In this document: in pieces, positions 25,025 to 36,607 of the stretch
How positions within the stretch are numbered: position 1 is the first letter of the stretch
Layout: the number at the start of each line of letters is the position of its first letter
Assembly (NCBI GenBank): GCA_964016885.1
Contig: OZ024743.1
Coordinates: forward strand, 328,848,001-328,912,000
From: Eledone cirrhosa
Taxonomy: Eukaryota
Reading direction: 5' to 3'
DNA length: 64,000 nucleotides
Made by a program: the position numbers and the translations under genes
The notes under the pieces: generated by a model
Database searches by the model: none
Told to the model about the DNA's origin: nothing
Seen by the model: only the letters and a program-made list of their open reading frames with translations

Positions 25025-28000
25025 TTGAGAGTTGGCTGTTTGAACGCGCGTGGCCTGGGCTCAGCTTGGAAGCAAGCAAAGCTTCTAAGTGACCTCAGGT
25101 CACAAAGTATAGATGTGATGGTTGTTTGCGAGAGTCGGATCAGCAGCGTGAGACAGCTGGCGCCCGCCTTCGATGACTTTGAGATGCACGCATCTCTCTG
25201 TCAACCCGGAGGCGGGGGGGGGGGGAGTTGCCGTACTGCTGGATAAACGTCTGGCTCTCGACGTACAGATTGTTCACTCGGACCGGGGGGGGGGGGGGGG
25301 GGGGGGTCGATTACTGGTGCTGGACGTCGGGGGCGATGAAGGCGGGGCTTTCAGACTGGTCGGTCTTTATGCCCCCTTCGGGGCGGAAAGAGCCGACTTC
25401 TTCCAGCGTCTGGAGACTTTTCTAGGAACGTCGCGCCCCCTGCTTTTAGTGGGGGACTGGAATGGAATCCTAGATGCGCGTTGGGACTATGCAGGGGTAT
25501 GTCCCGATAGAGGGGGGTGTAGCAGCCTCAAGGGGTTACTCGATCGATTCGACCTGGTCGATAGATTTCGACTAGATTGTCCAACTGCACCAACCTGGAC
25601 CTGGGCAAACCGCAGTGGACAATCTAGATCGTACCTAGATAGGTTTTTGGTTAGGAGTAAGGATAGGGACGTATTTAGTTGTCCAGAACTGATCATGGTT
25701 GGCTATTCAGATCACAAATTAGTGACCTGCGTGGTCAACCTTGATAGAACGCATAGACAGGGTCCCGGTTACTGGAAGATGAACTTGTCCTTGCCGGCAA
25801 AGAAAGATTACAGGAACCGGATTAGTAGCTTAGTTAAGATGCGGTTGACGGGAGCGATCGTCAACAGCAGGTGGTGGGTATCTCTAAAGAGAGAGATTAG
25901 AGTAAGTTCGATAGGTTACAGTAAGGAACTAGCGGCAAATAGAAATAGGAAGGAAAGGGAGTTAACAGATAAACTAGAAGAGGCGATTAGGAGCGGAGAC
26001 GTGGCCAGAGTGTTAGCGGCGAGAACGGCGTTGAGCCAGTTCTTTGACGCGAAGCACAAAGGCTGCGTTGTCCGAAGTAAAATACGTGCTTTAGGAAACG
26101 AGGGGACCAAAGCTGTTAGCTGGGCCCGCGTGACAGAAGCCAAGAGTGGGATTAAATCCACCATTCGGTCTTTGCGAGACCAGGATGGACGGGTGATCCT
26201 TGAACCTGAGCGGATGTGCGAGGCCTTTCAAAGGCACTTTGTTCGACTGTTCGGAGGGGGCGGGGGGCCGGACGGGGATGTGGACTTCGGTCCATACCTC
26301 GACGGTCTACCGCGTCTTTCGAGAGGCGAAGCGGAGTGCTGCGAAAGGCCAATCACAGCCACTGAAATCGGGGAAGCACTCAGCCAATGCAGCAGACGCA
26401 AATCTCCGGGTCTCGATGGTCTACCATACGAATTTTATTTAGCTATGCCGGTCTTGTTCTCCGAACTCCTCGAGGCTGTCTATTGCAACTGGCAACAGAA
26501 CGGGAGAATTCCCTGTTCTGTGACCAAGGGCGTGGTCACGCTAGTGAGGAAGGACGAGAGCAAAGGGGACGACTTAAGTAACTTTAGGCCCATAACTCTG
26601 CTAAATGCAGAGTTACAGATTTTGGCCAAGGTGTTGGCGAAGAGGTTGGCGCTTGTGGTGGGTGGTTTGGTGGGAGACGCGCAGACATGCGCTATCCCGT
26701 CCAGGTCCATTCACGACAACCTCCACCTCATGCGACACATCGTAGAGAGGGTTGGCAACGAACCCGGCTTTGGTGGGGCCCTGATCAACTTGGATCAATC
26801 TAAGGCGTTCGATAGGGTCGACCATGGTTACCTGGATGCGGTGCTAGCGGCGGCGGGCTTCGGACCCGTTTTCAGGGGCTGGATTTCTGCCATGCACAGT
26901 GACAACATTTACTCTAGGATTAAAGTAAACGGCTACCTCTCGGAGCCGTTTCAAATCACCCGGTCCATCAGACAGGGGTGCCCCTCTCCTCCCTTCTGTA
27001 CGTATTGACTCTCGAGCCACTGCTGCGGAAGTTGGAGTTGCTGCGGGGCATACCCCTGGAACCGGGATTGCACAAAGCGGTCTCGGCCTATGCCGACGAC
27101 GTAACAGTAATGGTGGCGGACGCCTCGGAAATCGGGGCGATCGCCACCCTACTGGAGGAATACGAAAGGCTGACGGGGGCTAGGCTGAACCGGGACAAGT
27201 CAGTCGGTTTGCAACTCGGAACGTGGAGGGGCAAACCGATGCCGTTAGACGGTGTCGTCGGGCGGTGGACGGAGGGCCCGGTGAAGCTGCTCGGGGTCTG
27301 GTTCGGACCGGACCTCCAGGTGGAGAAGAATTGGGGCGAGGTGACGAGCAGGGTGTTTGCGCTGACCCAGAAGTGGGCCAAGTGCAAACTATCACTGAAA
27401 GGTCGGGCGGAGGTGACGAACGCTTACATAGCGTCCGTCATCTGCTACCGCCTGACCGTCGTGCCTTGCCCCAAGGAAAAGCTCACCATCATGGAACGCA
27501 TGCTCTTCCAGTTCCTCTGGAAGAAGCGGCCTCCCATGGTGAGGAGATCCATCTGCTGCCAGCACCCTTCGAAAGGAGGGCTGGGTATGCCGTGGCTGTT
27601 GATGCGTAGGCACGCATTGAGGCTACGGCATCTACAGGTATTCCTCACCGGTCAGCCGGTGTGGGCCCCGTTTGTGAGGCGAGCCTTCCCACAGCTCGTC
27701 TCGCTCACCGAGCTGCAATCCTGGGTGAAGCAAAGACCGAGAAAACTGGGCAACTGGCACACCGAGTGTGCCCAGGCGCTCACGGCTATCTGGCAAGCGG
27801 ACCCGACTGTCAGTGGAGAATCCACCTCGACATTCTATAGAGGGCTGGTGGCTAGCAGGGGCGACGACACCCTTGGAGAGTCGCTAGACATGGAGGAGGA
27901 CGAACTGGCCAGCCTGTTCGGTAGAACTTTCGGCTCGGGACCCATGGACAACTTCCAGAGGTCCCTAGCCTGGCAGTGTTACCGGGGGGCTCTGCCCGTT

Positions 28001-28471
28001 CGAGAAAAGCTCTACAGACACGGGCGCCCGGGCAGGGATCCAGCGAAAAAGATCTGTCCCAGATGCGTGCGCGACGAGGAAACCGTTGCGCATGCACTGG
28101 TACACTACCCGGGCGTTGCCGATCTGTGGGGCTACGTCGAACGACTGCTGTCGCGTGTGGCGCCGATTCGATTAACCGCCGAGTCTGTGGTGAACATCAA
28201 GCCGCCGCCTCCCTTCAGAAACGAAGGAGAGGCGGTCTTTCTGTGCGTAATAGCCATGATGAAAGAGGTTGTGTGGTGGACGCGCCTGAAAGGTCTGAGG
28301 TCGGGTGACTTTCTCTCCAGCCATCACCTGGTTTACTTCTTCCGATACCACTTCGGAAGAAGGATCAGGATGGAGAGAGAAGTGCTTGGCCCCAGACAGT
28401 TTTATGAAAGGTGGGTGAAAGAAGCGAGAATGGCTCGTGTAAATGGGCCTTCTCTCTACATTGTTCTGTAG
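25025..28471 (+). pseudogene. Copy A ORF2 (APE-RT), frameshifted into three pieces
   Basis: NARGL, GDWN, SDH, SPGLDG, QGCP, YADD; shifts at poly-G ~25220 and poly-C ~26980. Confidence 0.88.
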
Positions 28472-28932
28472 GTGAAGAAGTGAAGAGGAAAGGGGGAGCG
28501 CCTCCTCTCTGGGCTTCCCCCGCGAAAAGGGTTGCACACTTTTCGGGGGTATGTGCAATCCCGAACACGCCCCCTCCCTTTTGAGGACTTTTTATTATTA
28601 TATTATTATTGTTATTCCTTTTTCTTACTCGATTTATGTAAACTCCCCCACTGTGTATTTGTCCCCTTCTTTTGTGCCCTCGTGGCAAATAAATAGAAAT
28701 TTATCTATCTATCTATCTATCTATCTATCTTGATAGAGTAAGACACGCTTCGCATCGGCTCCGCTATTCCATCGGGATTTACCCTTACTATTGTAAGTAC
28801 CGGATAAATTTTTTAGTGCAACACATTTGGAACACTAACCCCTGTTATTTAGGGAAACATTTTTGCATTTACCCCCTTTTTAGGGGGTAAAATAAATATC
28901 TATTTTTGCCGAAAAATTTCTTTCTTGGCAGC

Positions 28933-30771
28933 ATGGCGGAAAAGATGGCAGACATGTCTGCCATTAGCTCTGCCACGCCCCCCAAGTCTGAAGAACAAAA
29001 AATAATTACAACAAAATTAGACATTGAAACAAACAAACAAAATGAAAAAACAAATGTTAAGGAAAATGAGCAAACAGAAAACAAACAAACAGAAAATAAT
29101 ACAAATAACGACAGGGCAACTTTCGCCCAGAAAACAAAGCAATCCATTACATACACACCAATTGACCTAACTGCCGCCAGAGAAAAACTGGCCGAAGCAA
29201 AGAAACATATTGTTTTGGGGGAGAACGGAATGTTTTCCATTAACTCCCCCCCAGAATTCAAGAAAGCCAGAGCAGAAAACACAGTTATATACAGAACTAT
29301 ACTAAACCAGTCAAGAAAGCCAGCACAGCCCAGCCAAATGGAAATAGAGTTAGTCCTAAAAGACTATATGAAGAATATTCTCTTCATACGAAAGGACCGA
29401 CTCTATGGCAGCATTTCGGTCCTAACAAGAGACAAAGAAACGGCGGTTCAGCTTTCCCTAAGCCCACTCTCGTCGACAACATATAGCTTCTATCCCTCCT
29501 ACATGGGTAGAAGAACACAGAGAATAAAAGTAAAAACAATGCTGCCCACAATGGACTTCTGGTGGGCTATTGCTGGCTTCATTGATATGGGCGAAGACAC
29601 TATGCTGTCAATGGGGAAGGCAACTGGAGATGCGTTCCTGGGAATGGGCCTCGACATACTAGTCCAAATGAGGCCCGAAAGAATAGCACAAATCCCGGAT
29701 CGCATCTGGCTGGATGACCTTACCCCAATAGACATAATTGTAGAGGGGAGAAGACCAGCATGCTATTTATGCATGGAAAGGGGACACGTTAAGGCTAACT
29801 GCCCGAAACGTATCCCCCAAAAAGGACTATTGCCCACACCCACCACAAACAGTACACCAGCACCACCCACCTCCAAAAATACACTAATACCACACACAGC
29901 AAACAAAATACAGACACCACCAACCACAAACACAACACAAACATCACCACCACCAGCACCAAACACAAGCACGACACAAAAATCACCACCACCAACCACA
30001 ACACAAACATCACCACCACTATTACCAACCACAAGCACGACACAAACATTACCACCACCACCACCACCACAAAACCCATTCCAAACAAATAATAAAAAAA
30101 ACAGTAACAAATCTACCCCTCCCGCAAAAAAAAAACAACCACACAACACGTCCCTCCCACCTAGCGCTGAAGAGTTTCCCCCAACTTCTGAAGAAGAAGG
30201 AGGAGAAGCCTTCAGACAAGTTAAAAGAAAAAAAAGAAAACACACACCCAGCACACCACAAATAACCCACACACAAACACCAACTCCAATCAAAAACACC
30301 CCACCCTCAACAAACAAAAATAAATCTGCGCCTCCCCTCTCCGAAACATTGACAGCATCACAAAAAAAGACGTTGCAATACACATATATAAATAAAGAAA
30401 ACAAAAAACTGGTTAAATTAATAAACAATAACCCTATGGTGCAGACCGAAGGGCCAAACTTTATCTCAACAGAGAACTTCACCCATTTAAAAATGATAAA
30501 GGTCCCTCTGGACCTTTATCGTTCCTTAAAAGAACAATTTAGACGGGACGTGAGCCCCCCCTGTTTAAAACCGTTGAATCGCGTCCTCTTGAAAGATTTC
30601 CCCATAACCGCCCCTCTCCCTGACACAACTCCAAATACCCCAACCCCACCACACACGTGTACCCCCACACCACCACAAAACATCCCTCCACCCAACACAC
30701 CTGATGCCATGGAAATTACGCAACCCGGAGAGGTAAGTGCTTTTCTTTCTTCACTTTCAACACCAAAATAG
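28933..30771 (+). CDS. ORF1 nucleic-acid-binding protein with CCHC zinc knuckle (~612 aa)
   Basis: ATG in AGCATGG context; CYLCMERGHVKANC; Pro/Thr-rich linker; basic KRKKRK motif. Confidence 0.88.
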   Translation: MAEKMADMSAISSATPPKSEEQKIITTKLDIETNKQNEKTNVKENEQTENKQTENNTNNDRATFAQKTKQSITYTPIDLTAAREKLAEAKKHIVLGENGMFSINSPPEFKKARAENTVIYRTILNQSRKPAQPSQMEIELVLKDYMKNILFIRKDRLYGSISVLTRDKETAVQLSLSPLSSTTYSFYPSYMGRRTQRIKVKTMLPTMDFWWAIAGFIDMGEDTMLSMGKATGDAFLGMGLDILVQMRPERIAQIPDRIWLDDLTPIDIIVEGRRPACYLCMERGHVKANCPKRIPQKGLLPTPTTNSTPAPPTSKNTLIPHTANKIQTPPTTNTTQTSPPPAPNTSTTQKSPPPTTTQTSPPLLPTTSTTQTLPPPPPPQNPFQTNNKKNSNKSTPPAKKKQPHNTSLPPSAEEFPPTSEEEGGEAFRQVKRKKRKHTPSTPQITHTQTPTPIKNTPPSTNKNKSAPPLSETLTASQKKTLQYTYINKENKKLVKLINNNPMVQTEGPNFISTENFTHLKMIKVPLDLYRSLKEQFRRDVSPPCLKPLNRVLLKDFPITAPLPDTTPNTPTPPHTCTPTPPQNIPPPNTPDAMEITQPGEVSAFLSSLSTPK

Positions 30772-33700
30772 ATCAATTGAGAGTTGGCTGTTTGAACGCG
30801 CGTGGCCTGAGCTCAGCTTGGAAGCAAGCAAAGCTTCTAAGTGACCTCAGGTCACAAAGTATAGATGTGATGGTTGTTTGCGAGAGTCGGATCAGCAGCG
30901 TGAGACAGCTGGCGCCCGCCTTCGATGACTTTGAGATGCACGCATCTCTCTGTCAACCCGGAGGCGGGGGGGGGGGAGTTGCCGTACTGCTGGATAAACG
31001 TCTGACTCTCGACGTACAGATTGTTCACTCGGACCCGGGGGGTCGATTACTGGTGCTGGACGTCGGAGGTGGTGAAGGCGGGGCTTTCAGACTGGTCGGT
31101 CTTTATGCTCCCTTCGGGGCGGAGAGAGCCGACTTCTTCCAACGTCTGGAGACTTTTCTAGGAACGTCGCGTTCCCTGCTTTTAGTGGGGGACTGGAATG
31201 GAATCCTAGATGCGCGTTGGGACTATGCAGGGGCATGTCCCGATAGAGGGGGGTGTAGCAGCCTCAAGGGGTTACTCGATCGATTCGACCTGGTCGATAG
31301 ATTTCGACTAGATTGTCCAACTGCGCCAACCTGGACCTGGGCAAACCGCAGTGGACAATCTAGATCGTACCTAGATAGGTTTTTGGTTAGGAGTAAGGAT
31401 AGGGACGTATTTAGTTGTCCAGAACTGATCATGGTTGGCTATTCAGATCACAAATTAGTGACCTGCGTGGTCAACCTTGATAGAACGCATAGACAGGGTC
31501 CCGGTTACTGGAAGATGAACTTGTCCTTACCGACAAAGAAAGATTACAGAAACCGGATTAGTAGCTTAGTTAAGATGCGGTTGACGGGAGCGATCGTCAA
31601 CAGTAGGTGGTGGATATCTCTAAAGAGAGAGATTAGAGTAAGTTCGATAGGTTACAGTAAGGAACTAGCGGCGAATAGAAATAGGAGGGAAAGGGAGTTA
31701 ACAGATAAACTAGAAGAGGCGATTAGGAGCGGAGACGTAGCCAGAGTGTTAGCGACGAGAACGGCATTGAGCCAGTTCTTTGACGCGAAGCACGAAGGCT
31801 GCGTTGTCCGAAGTAAAATACGTGCTTTAGGAAACGAGGGGACCAAAGCTGTTAGCTGGGCCCGCGTGACAGAAGCCAAGAGTGGGATTAAATCCACCAT
31901 TCGGTCTTTGCGAGACCAGGATGGACGGGTGATCCTTGAACCTGAGCGAATGTGCGAGACCTTTCAAAGGCACTTTGCTCGACTGTTCGGAGGTGGCGGG
32001 GGGCCGGACGGGGATGTGGACTTCGGTCCATACCTCGACGGTCTACCGCGTCTTTCGAGCGGCGAAGCGGAGTGCTGCGAAGGGCCAATCACAGCCACTG
32101 AAATCGGGGAAGCGCTCAGCCAATGCAGCAGACGCAAATCCCCGGGTCTCGATGGTCTACCATACGAACTTTATTTAGCTATGCCGGTCTTGTTCTCCGA
32201 ACTCCTCGAGGCTGTCTATTGCAACTGGCAACAGAACGGGAGAATTCCCTGTTCTGTGACCAAGGGCGTGGTCACGCTAGTGAGGAAGGACGAGAGCAAG
32301 GGGGACGACTTAAGTAACTTTAGGCCCATAACTCTGCTGAATGCAGAGTTACAGATTTTGGCCAAGGTGTTGGCGAAGAGGTTGGCGCTTGTGGTGGGTG
32401 GTTTGGTGGGAGACGCGCAGACATGCGCTATCCCGTCCAGGTCCATTCACGACAACCTCCACCTCATGCGATACATCATAGAGAGGGTTGGCTACGAACC
32501 CGGCTTTGGTGGGGCCCTGATCAACTTGGATCAATCTAAGGCGTTTGATAGGGTCGACCATGGTTACCTGGATGCGGTGCCAGCGGCGGCGGGCTTCGGA
32601 CCCGTTTTCAGGGGCTGGATTTCTGCCATGCACAGTGGCAACATCTACTCTAGGATTAAAGTAAACGGCTACCTCTCGGAGCCGTTTCAAATCACCCGAT
32701 CCATCAGACAGGGGTGCCCCCTCTCCTCCCTTCTGTACGTATTGACTCTTGAGCCACTGCTGCGGAAGTTGGAGTTGCTGCGGGGCATACCCCTGGAACC
32801 GGGATTGCACAAAGCGGTCTCGGCCTATGCCGACGACGTAACAGTAATGGTGGCGGACGCCTCGGAAATCGGGGCGATCGCCACCCTACTGGAGGAATAC
32901 GAAAGGCTGACGGGGGCTAAGCTGAACCAGGACAAGTCAGTCGGTTTGCAACTCGGAACGTGGAGGGGCAAACCGATGCCGTTAGACGGTGTCGTCGGGC
33001 GGTGGACGGAGGGCCCGGTGAAGCTGCTCGGGGTCTGGTTCGGACCGGACCTCCAGGTGGAGAAGAATTGGGGCGAGGTGACGAGCAGGGTGTTTGCGCT
33101 GACCCAGAAGTGGGCCAAGTGCAAACTATCACTGAAAGGTCGGGCGGAGGTGACGAACGCTTACATAGCGTCCGTCATCTACTACCGCCTGACCGTCGTG
33201 CCTTGCCCCAAGGAAAAGCTCACCATCATGGAACGCATGCTCTTCCAGTTCCTCTGGAAGAAGCGGCCTCCCATGGTGAGGAGATCCATCTGCTGCCAGC
33301 ACCCTTCGAAAGGAGGGCTGGGTATGCCGTGGCTGTTGATGCGTAGGCACGCATTGAGGCTACGGCATCTACAGGTATTCCTCAACGGTCAGCCGGTGTG
33401 GGCCCCGTTTGTGAGGCGAGCCTTCCCACAGCTCGTCTCGCTCACCGAACTGCAATCCTGGGTGAAGCAAAGACCGAGAAAACTGGGCAACTGGCACACT
33501 GAGTGTGCCCAGGCGCTCACGGCTATCTGGCAAGCGGACCCGACTGTCAGTGGAGAATCCACCTCGACATTCTATAGAGGGTTGCTGGCTAGCAGGGGCG
33601 ACGACACCCTTGGAGAGTCGCTAGGCATGGAGGAGGACGAACTGGCCAGCCTGTTCGGTAGAACTTTCGGCCCGGGACCCATGGACAACTTCCAGAGGTC

Positions 33701-34208
33701 CCTAGCCTGGCAGTGTTACCGGGGGGCTCTGCCCGTTCGAGAAAAGCTCTACAGACACGGGCGCCCGGGCAGGGATCCCGCGAAAAAGATCTGTCCCAGA
33801 TGCGTGCGCGACGAGGAAACCGTTGCGCATGCACTGGTACACTGCCCGGGCGTTGCCGATCTGTGGGGCTACGTCGAACGACTGCTGTCGCGTGTGGCGC
33901 CGATTCGATTAACCGCCGAGTCTGTGGTGAACATCAAGCCGCCTCCTCCCTTCAGAAATGAAGCAGGGGCGGTCTTTCTGTGCGTAATAGCCATGATGAA
34001 AGAGGTTGTGTGGTGGACGCGCCTGAAAGGTCTGAGGTCGGGTGACTTTCTCTCCGGCCATCACCTGGTTTACTTCTTCCGATACCACTTCGGAAGAAGA
34101 ATCAGGATGGAGAGAGAAGTGCTTGGTCCCAGACAGTTTTATGAAAGGTGGGTGAAAGAAGCGAGAATGGCCCGTGTAAATGGGCCTTCTCTCTACATTG
34201 TTCTGTAG
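30768..34208 (+). CDS. ORF2: AP-endonuclease, reverse transcriptase and C-terminal zinc motif; no AUG at the expected start
   Basis: LNARGL, E, GLYAP, GDWN, SYLDRF, SDH; SPGLDG, FRPITLLN, LDQSKAFDRVDH, RQGCPLS, YADD; CPRC...ETVAHALVHC. Confidence 0.95.
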   Translation: MDQLRVGCLNARGLSSAWKQAKLLSDLRSQSIDVMVVCESRISSVRQLAPAFDDFEMHASLCQPGGGGGGVAVLLDKRLTLDVQIVHSDPGGRLLVLDVGGGEGGAFRLVGLYAPFGAERADFFQRLETFLGTSRSLLLVGDWNGILDARWDYAGACPDRGGCSSLKGLLDRFDLVDRFRLDCPTAPTWTWANRSGQSRSYLDRFLVRSKDRDVFSCPELIMVGYSDHKLVTCVVNLDRTHRQGPGYWKMNLSLPTKKDYRNRISSLVKMRLTGAIVNSRWWISLKREIRVSSIGYSKELAANRNRRERELTDKLEEAIRSGDVARVLATRTALSQFFDAKHEGCVVRSKIRALGNEGTKAVSWARVTEAKSGIKSTIRSLRDQDGRVILEPERMCETFQRHFARLFGGGGGPDGDVDFGPYLDGLPRLSSGEAECCEGPITATEIGEALSQCSRRKSPGLDGLPYELYLAMPVLFSELLEAVYCNWQQNGRIPCSVTKGVVTLVRKDESKGDDLSNFRPITLLNAELQILAKVLAKRLALVVGGLVGDAQTCAIPSRSIHDNLHLMRYIIERVGYEPGFGGALINLDQSKAFDRVDHGYLDAVPAAAGFGPVFRGWISAMHSGNIYSRIKVNGYLSEPFQITRSIRQGCPLSSLLYVLTLEPLLRKLELLRGIPLEPGLHKAVSAYADDVTVMVADASEIGAIATLLEEYERLTGAKLNQDKSVGLQLGTWRGKPMPLDGVVGRWTEGPVKLLGVWFGPDLQVEKNWGEVTSRVFALTQKWAKCKLSLKGRAEVTNAYIASVIYYRLTVVPCPKEKLTIMERMLFQFLWKKRPPMVRRSICCQHPSKGGLGMPWLLMRRHALRLRHLQVFLNGQPVWAPFVRRAFPQLVSLTELQSWVKQRPRKLGNWHTECAQALTAIWQADPTVSGESTSTFYRGLLASRGDDTLGESLGMEEDELASLFGRTFGPGPMDNFQRSLAWQCYRGALPVREKLYRHGRPGRDPAKKICPRCVRDEETVAHALVHCPGVADLWGYVERLLSRVAPIRLTAESVVNIKPPPPFRNEAGAVFLCVIAMMKEVVWWTRLKGLRSGDFLSGHHLVYFFRYHFGRRIRMEREVLGPRQFYERWVKEARMARVNGPSLYIVL

Positions 34209-34439
34209 GTGAAGAAGTGAAGAGGAAAGGGGGAGCGCCTCCTCTCTGGGCTTCCCCCGCGAAAAGAGTTGCACACTTTTCGGGGGTATGTGCAATCCCC
34301 AACACGCCCCCTCCCTTTTGAGGACTTTTTATTGTTATATTATTATTGTTATTCCTTTTTTCTTTACTCGATTTATGTAAACTCCCCCACTGTGTAAATG
34401 TCCCCTTCTTTTGTGCCCTCGTGGCAAATAAATAGAAAT

Positions 34440-34482
<43 letters not shown>

Positions 34483-34617
34483 CGTCCTTCCCTCTCTATC
34501 TGTCTATCTACTACCTCCCTATCTATTTACTACCTACCTACCTATCTACCCACCTACCTGCCTGTCTGTCTGTCCGCCCGTCCGTTCTTGTCTTTCTCTT
34601 AATTTTGAGTTTATTTT

Positions 34618-35712
34618 GTGATATTAAACTGGGTAACATACAAAGTCTAACACCCAAAGACCCGGGTGTGATATTAAACTGGGTAACAGATTAAGTCTAA
34701 CACCCAAAGACCCGGGTGTGATATCAAACTGGGTAACAGATTAAGTCTAACACCCAAAGACCCAGGTGTGATATCAAACTGGGTAACAGATTAAGTCTAA
34801 CACCCAAAGACCCGGGTGTGATATTAAACTGGGTAACAGATTAAGTCTAACACCCAAAGACCCGGGTGTGATATCAAACTGGGTAACAGATTAAGTCTAA
34901 CACCCATAGACCCGGGTGTGATATCAAACTGGGTAACAGATTAAGTCTAACACCCAAAGACCCGGGTGTGATATTAAACTGGGTAACAGATTAAGTCTAA
35001 CACCCAAAGACCTGGGTGTGATATCAAACTGGGTAACAGATTAAGTCTAACACCCAAAGACCCGGGTGTGATATTAAACTGGGTAACATATTAAGTCTAA
35101 CACCCATAGACCCGGGTGTGATATCAAACTGGGTAACAGATTAAGTCTAACACCCAAAGACCCGGGTGTGATATCAAACTGGGTAACAGATTAAGTCTAA
35201 CACCCAAAGACCCGGGTGTGATATCAAACTGGGTAACAGATTAAGTCTAACACCCATAGACCCGGGTGTGATATCAAACTGGGTAACAGATTAAGTCTAA
35301 CACCCAAAGACCCAGGTGTGATATCAAACTGGGTAACAGATTAAGTCTAACAACTAAAGACCCGGGTGTGATATCAAACTGGGTAACAGATTAAGTCTAA
35401 CACCCAAAGACCCGGGTGTGATATTAAACTGGGTAACAGATTAAGTCTAACACCCAAAGACCCAGGTGTGATATTAAACTGGGTAACAGATTAAGTCTAA
35501 CACCCAAAGACCCGGGTGTGATATTAAACTGGGTAACAGATTAAGTCTAACACCCAAGGACTCGGGTGTGATATTATACTGGGTAACATACTAAGTCTAC
35601 CAGCCAAGGACCCGGGAGTGATATTAAACTGGGTAACATACTAAGTCTACCAGCCAAGGACCCGGGTGTGATATTAAACTGGGTAACATACTAAGTCTAA
35701 CGACCAAGAACT
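34618..35712. repeat. 50-bp minisatellite, ~22 copies
   Basis: Unit GTGATAT(T/C)AAACTGGGTAACAGATTAAGTCTAACACCCAAAGACCCGGGT. Confidence 0.97.
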
Positions 35713-36081
35713 CAGAGTGCAAAGGGCCAGAACTAATAACCACAAGACAACTCACCAGACTCTCTAACAATACCACAAATTCCTTGCCGTTAAATGGCAT
35801 TTGATTATTTTCGGTCCTGAAAGGGTAAAAGACAAAGTTGACCTCGGAAAGATTTGAACTACAGCGCAGAGAACCTCCTGGGATTTTCTCCACTAATTCA
35901 TTACCCCAAACAAACCTATGATGAAAAATGTTTTAGCTATGATCCCATCTTTGTTCCTATATCTTGGACTACATTATTCAATATGTTCTTCCTCTTTATT
36001 AATTAGAATTTGGTCTAAGAGAGATTTAGCTGCTATTTCTACACGCTCGAGTAACCATGCAGAAGATTCCCTCGTTGGTTG

Positions 36082-36128
<47 letters not shown>

Positions 36129-36132
<4 letters not shown>

Positions 36133-36246
36133 AACAGAGTCAGAACCCCGACGGCAGAGCTCAAGCCGTTTCTATAGCTATTTCTGTCCAGAAATAGCTG
36201 TCGAAACGGCTTGAGCTCTGCCGTCGGGATTCTGACTCTTTTCCTA
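36129..36246. repeat. ~118-bp palindrome abutting (TA)n, with HHR 3' half only
   Basis: TAGGAACAGAGTCAGAACCCCGACGGCAGAGCTCAAGCCGTTTC / GAAACGGCTTGAGCTCTGCCGTCGGGATTCTGACTCTTTTCCTA; ~3-nt loop. Confidence 0.85.
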
Positions 36247-36324
36247 TTACCCACTCTACTACCCAAAGTACCGAGTACTCTGGTGCGTTATGGTCCAACT
36301 TGTTCCTTACCACACTTCCTACGT

Positions 36325-36399
<75 letters not shown>

Positions 36400-36401
<2 letters not shown>

Positions 36402-36530
36402 TTCTTTCTTTTGATGAAGGACTAGCGTCCGAAACGTTAAGACCCTCTTCCAGCTATCTATATCAAGCGTTAACCTAATATATACCGTCCATATACTGTA
36501 CCGATTGTGTTGTTATTTCTGTTTACCTTT

Positions 36531-36533
<3 letters not shown>
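36400..36533 (+). mobile_element. Truncated HHR repeat (family of 1218-1425); core C>T mutated
   Basis: TCTT-TTGATGA-A-GGAC-TAGC-GTCC-GAAA-CG-TT-AAGA; embedded in (TA)n on both sides. Confidence 0.8.

Positions 36534-36607
<74 letters not shown>

Larger units (their letters stand above)
22991..28700 (+). mobile_element. L1/Tx1-type LINE copy A (full length, frameshifted)
   Basis: Nearly identical to copy B; flanked by (TATC)n; ORF1 and ORF2 are broken at C/G homopolymers. Confidence 0.93.
28731..34440 (+). mobile_element. L1/Tx1-type LINE copy B (intact), tandem to copy A
   Basis: Two long ORFs; 3' end GTGGCAAATAAATAGAAAT followed by (TATC)n. Confidence 0.95.

Noticed and set aside
30733-30771. 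39-nt intron fusing ORF1 to ORF2 in copy B
   Set aside because: Splicing GT(30733)-AG(30771) gives ATC AAT TGA in the ORF1 frame, not a fusion, and the intron is very short. Only copy C could fuse in frame (42 nt).
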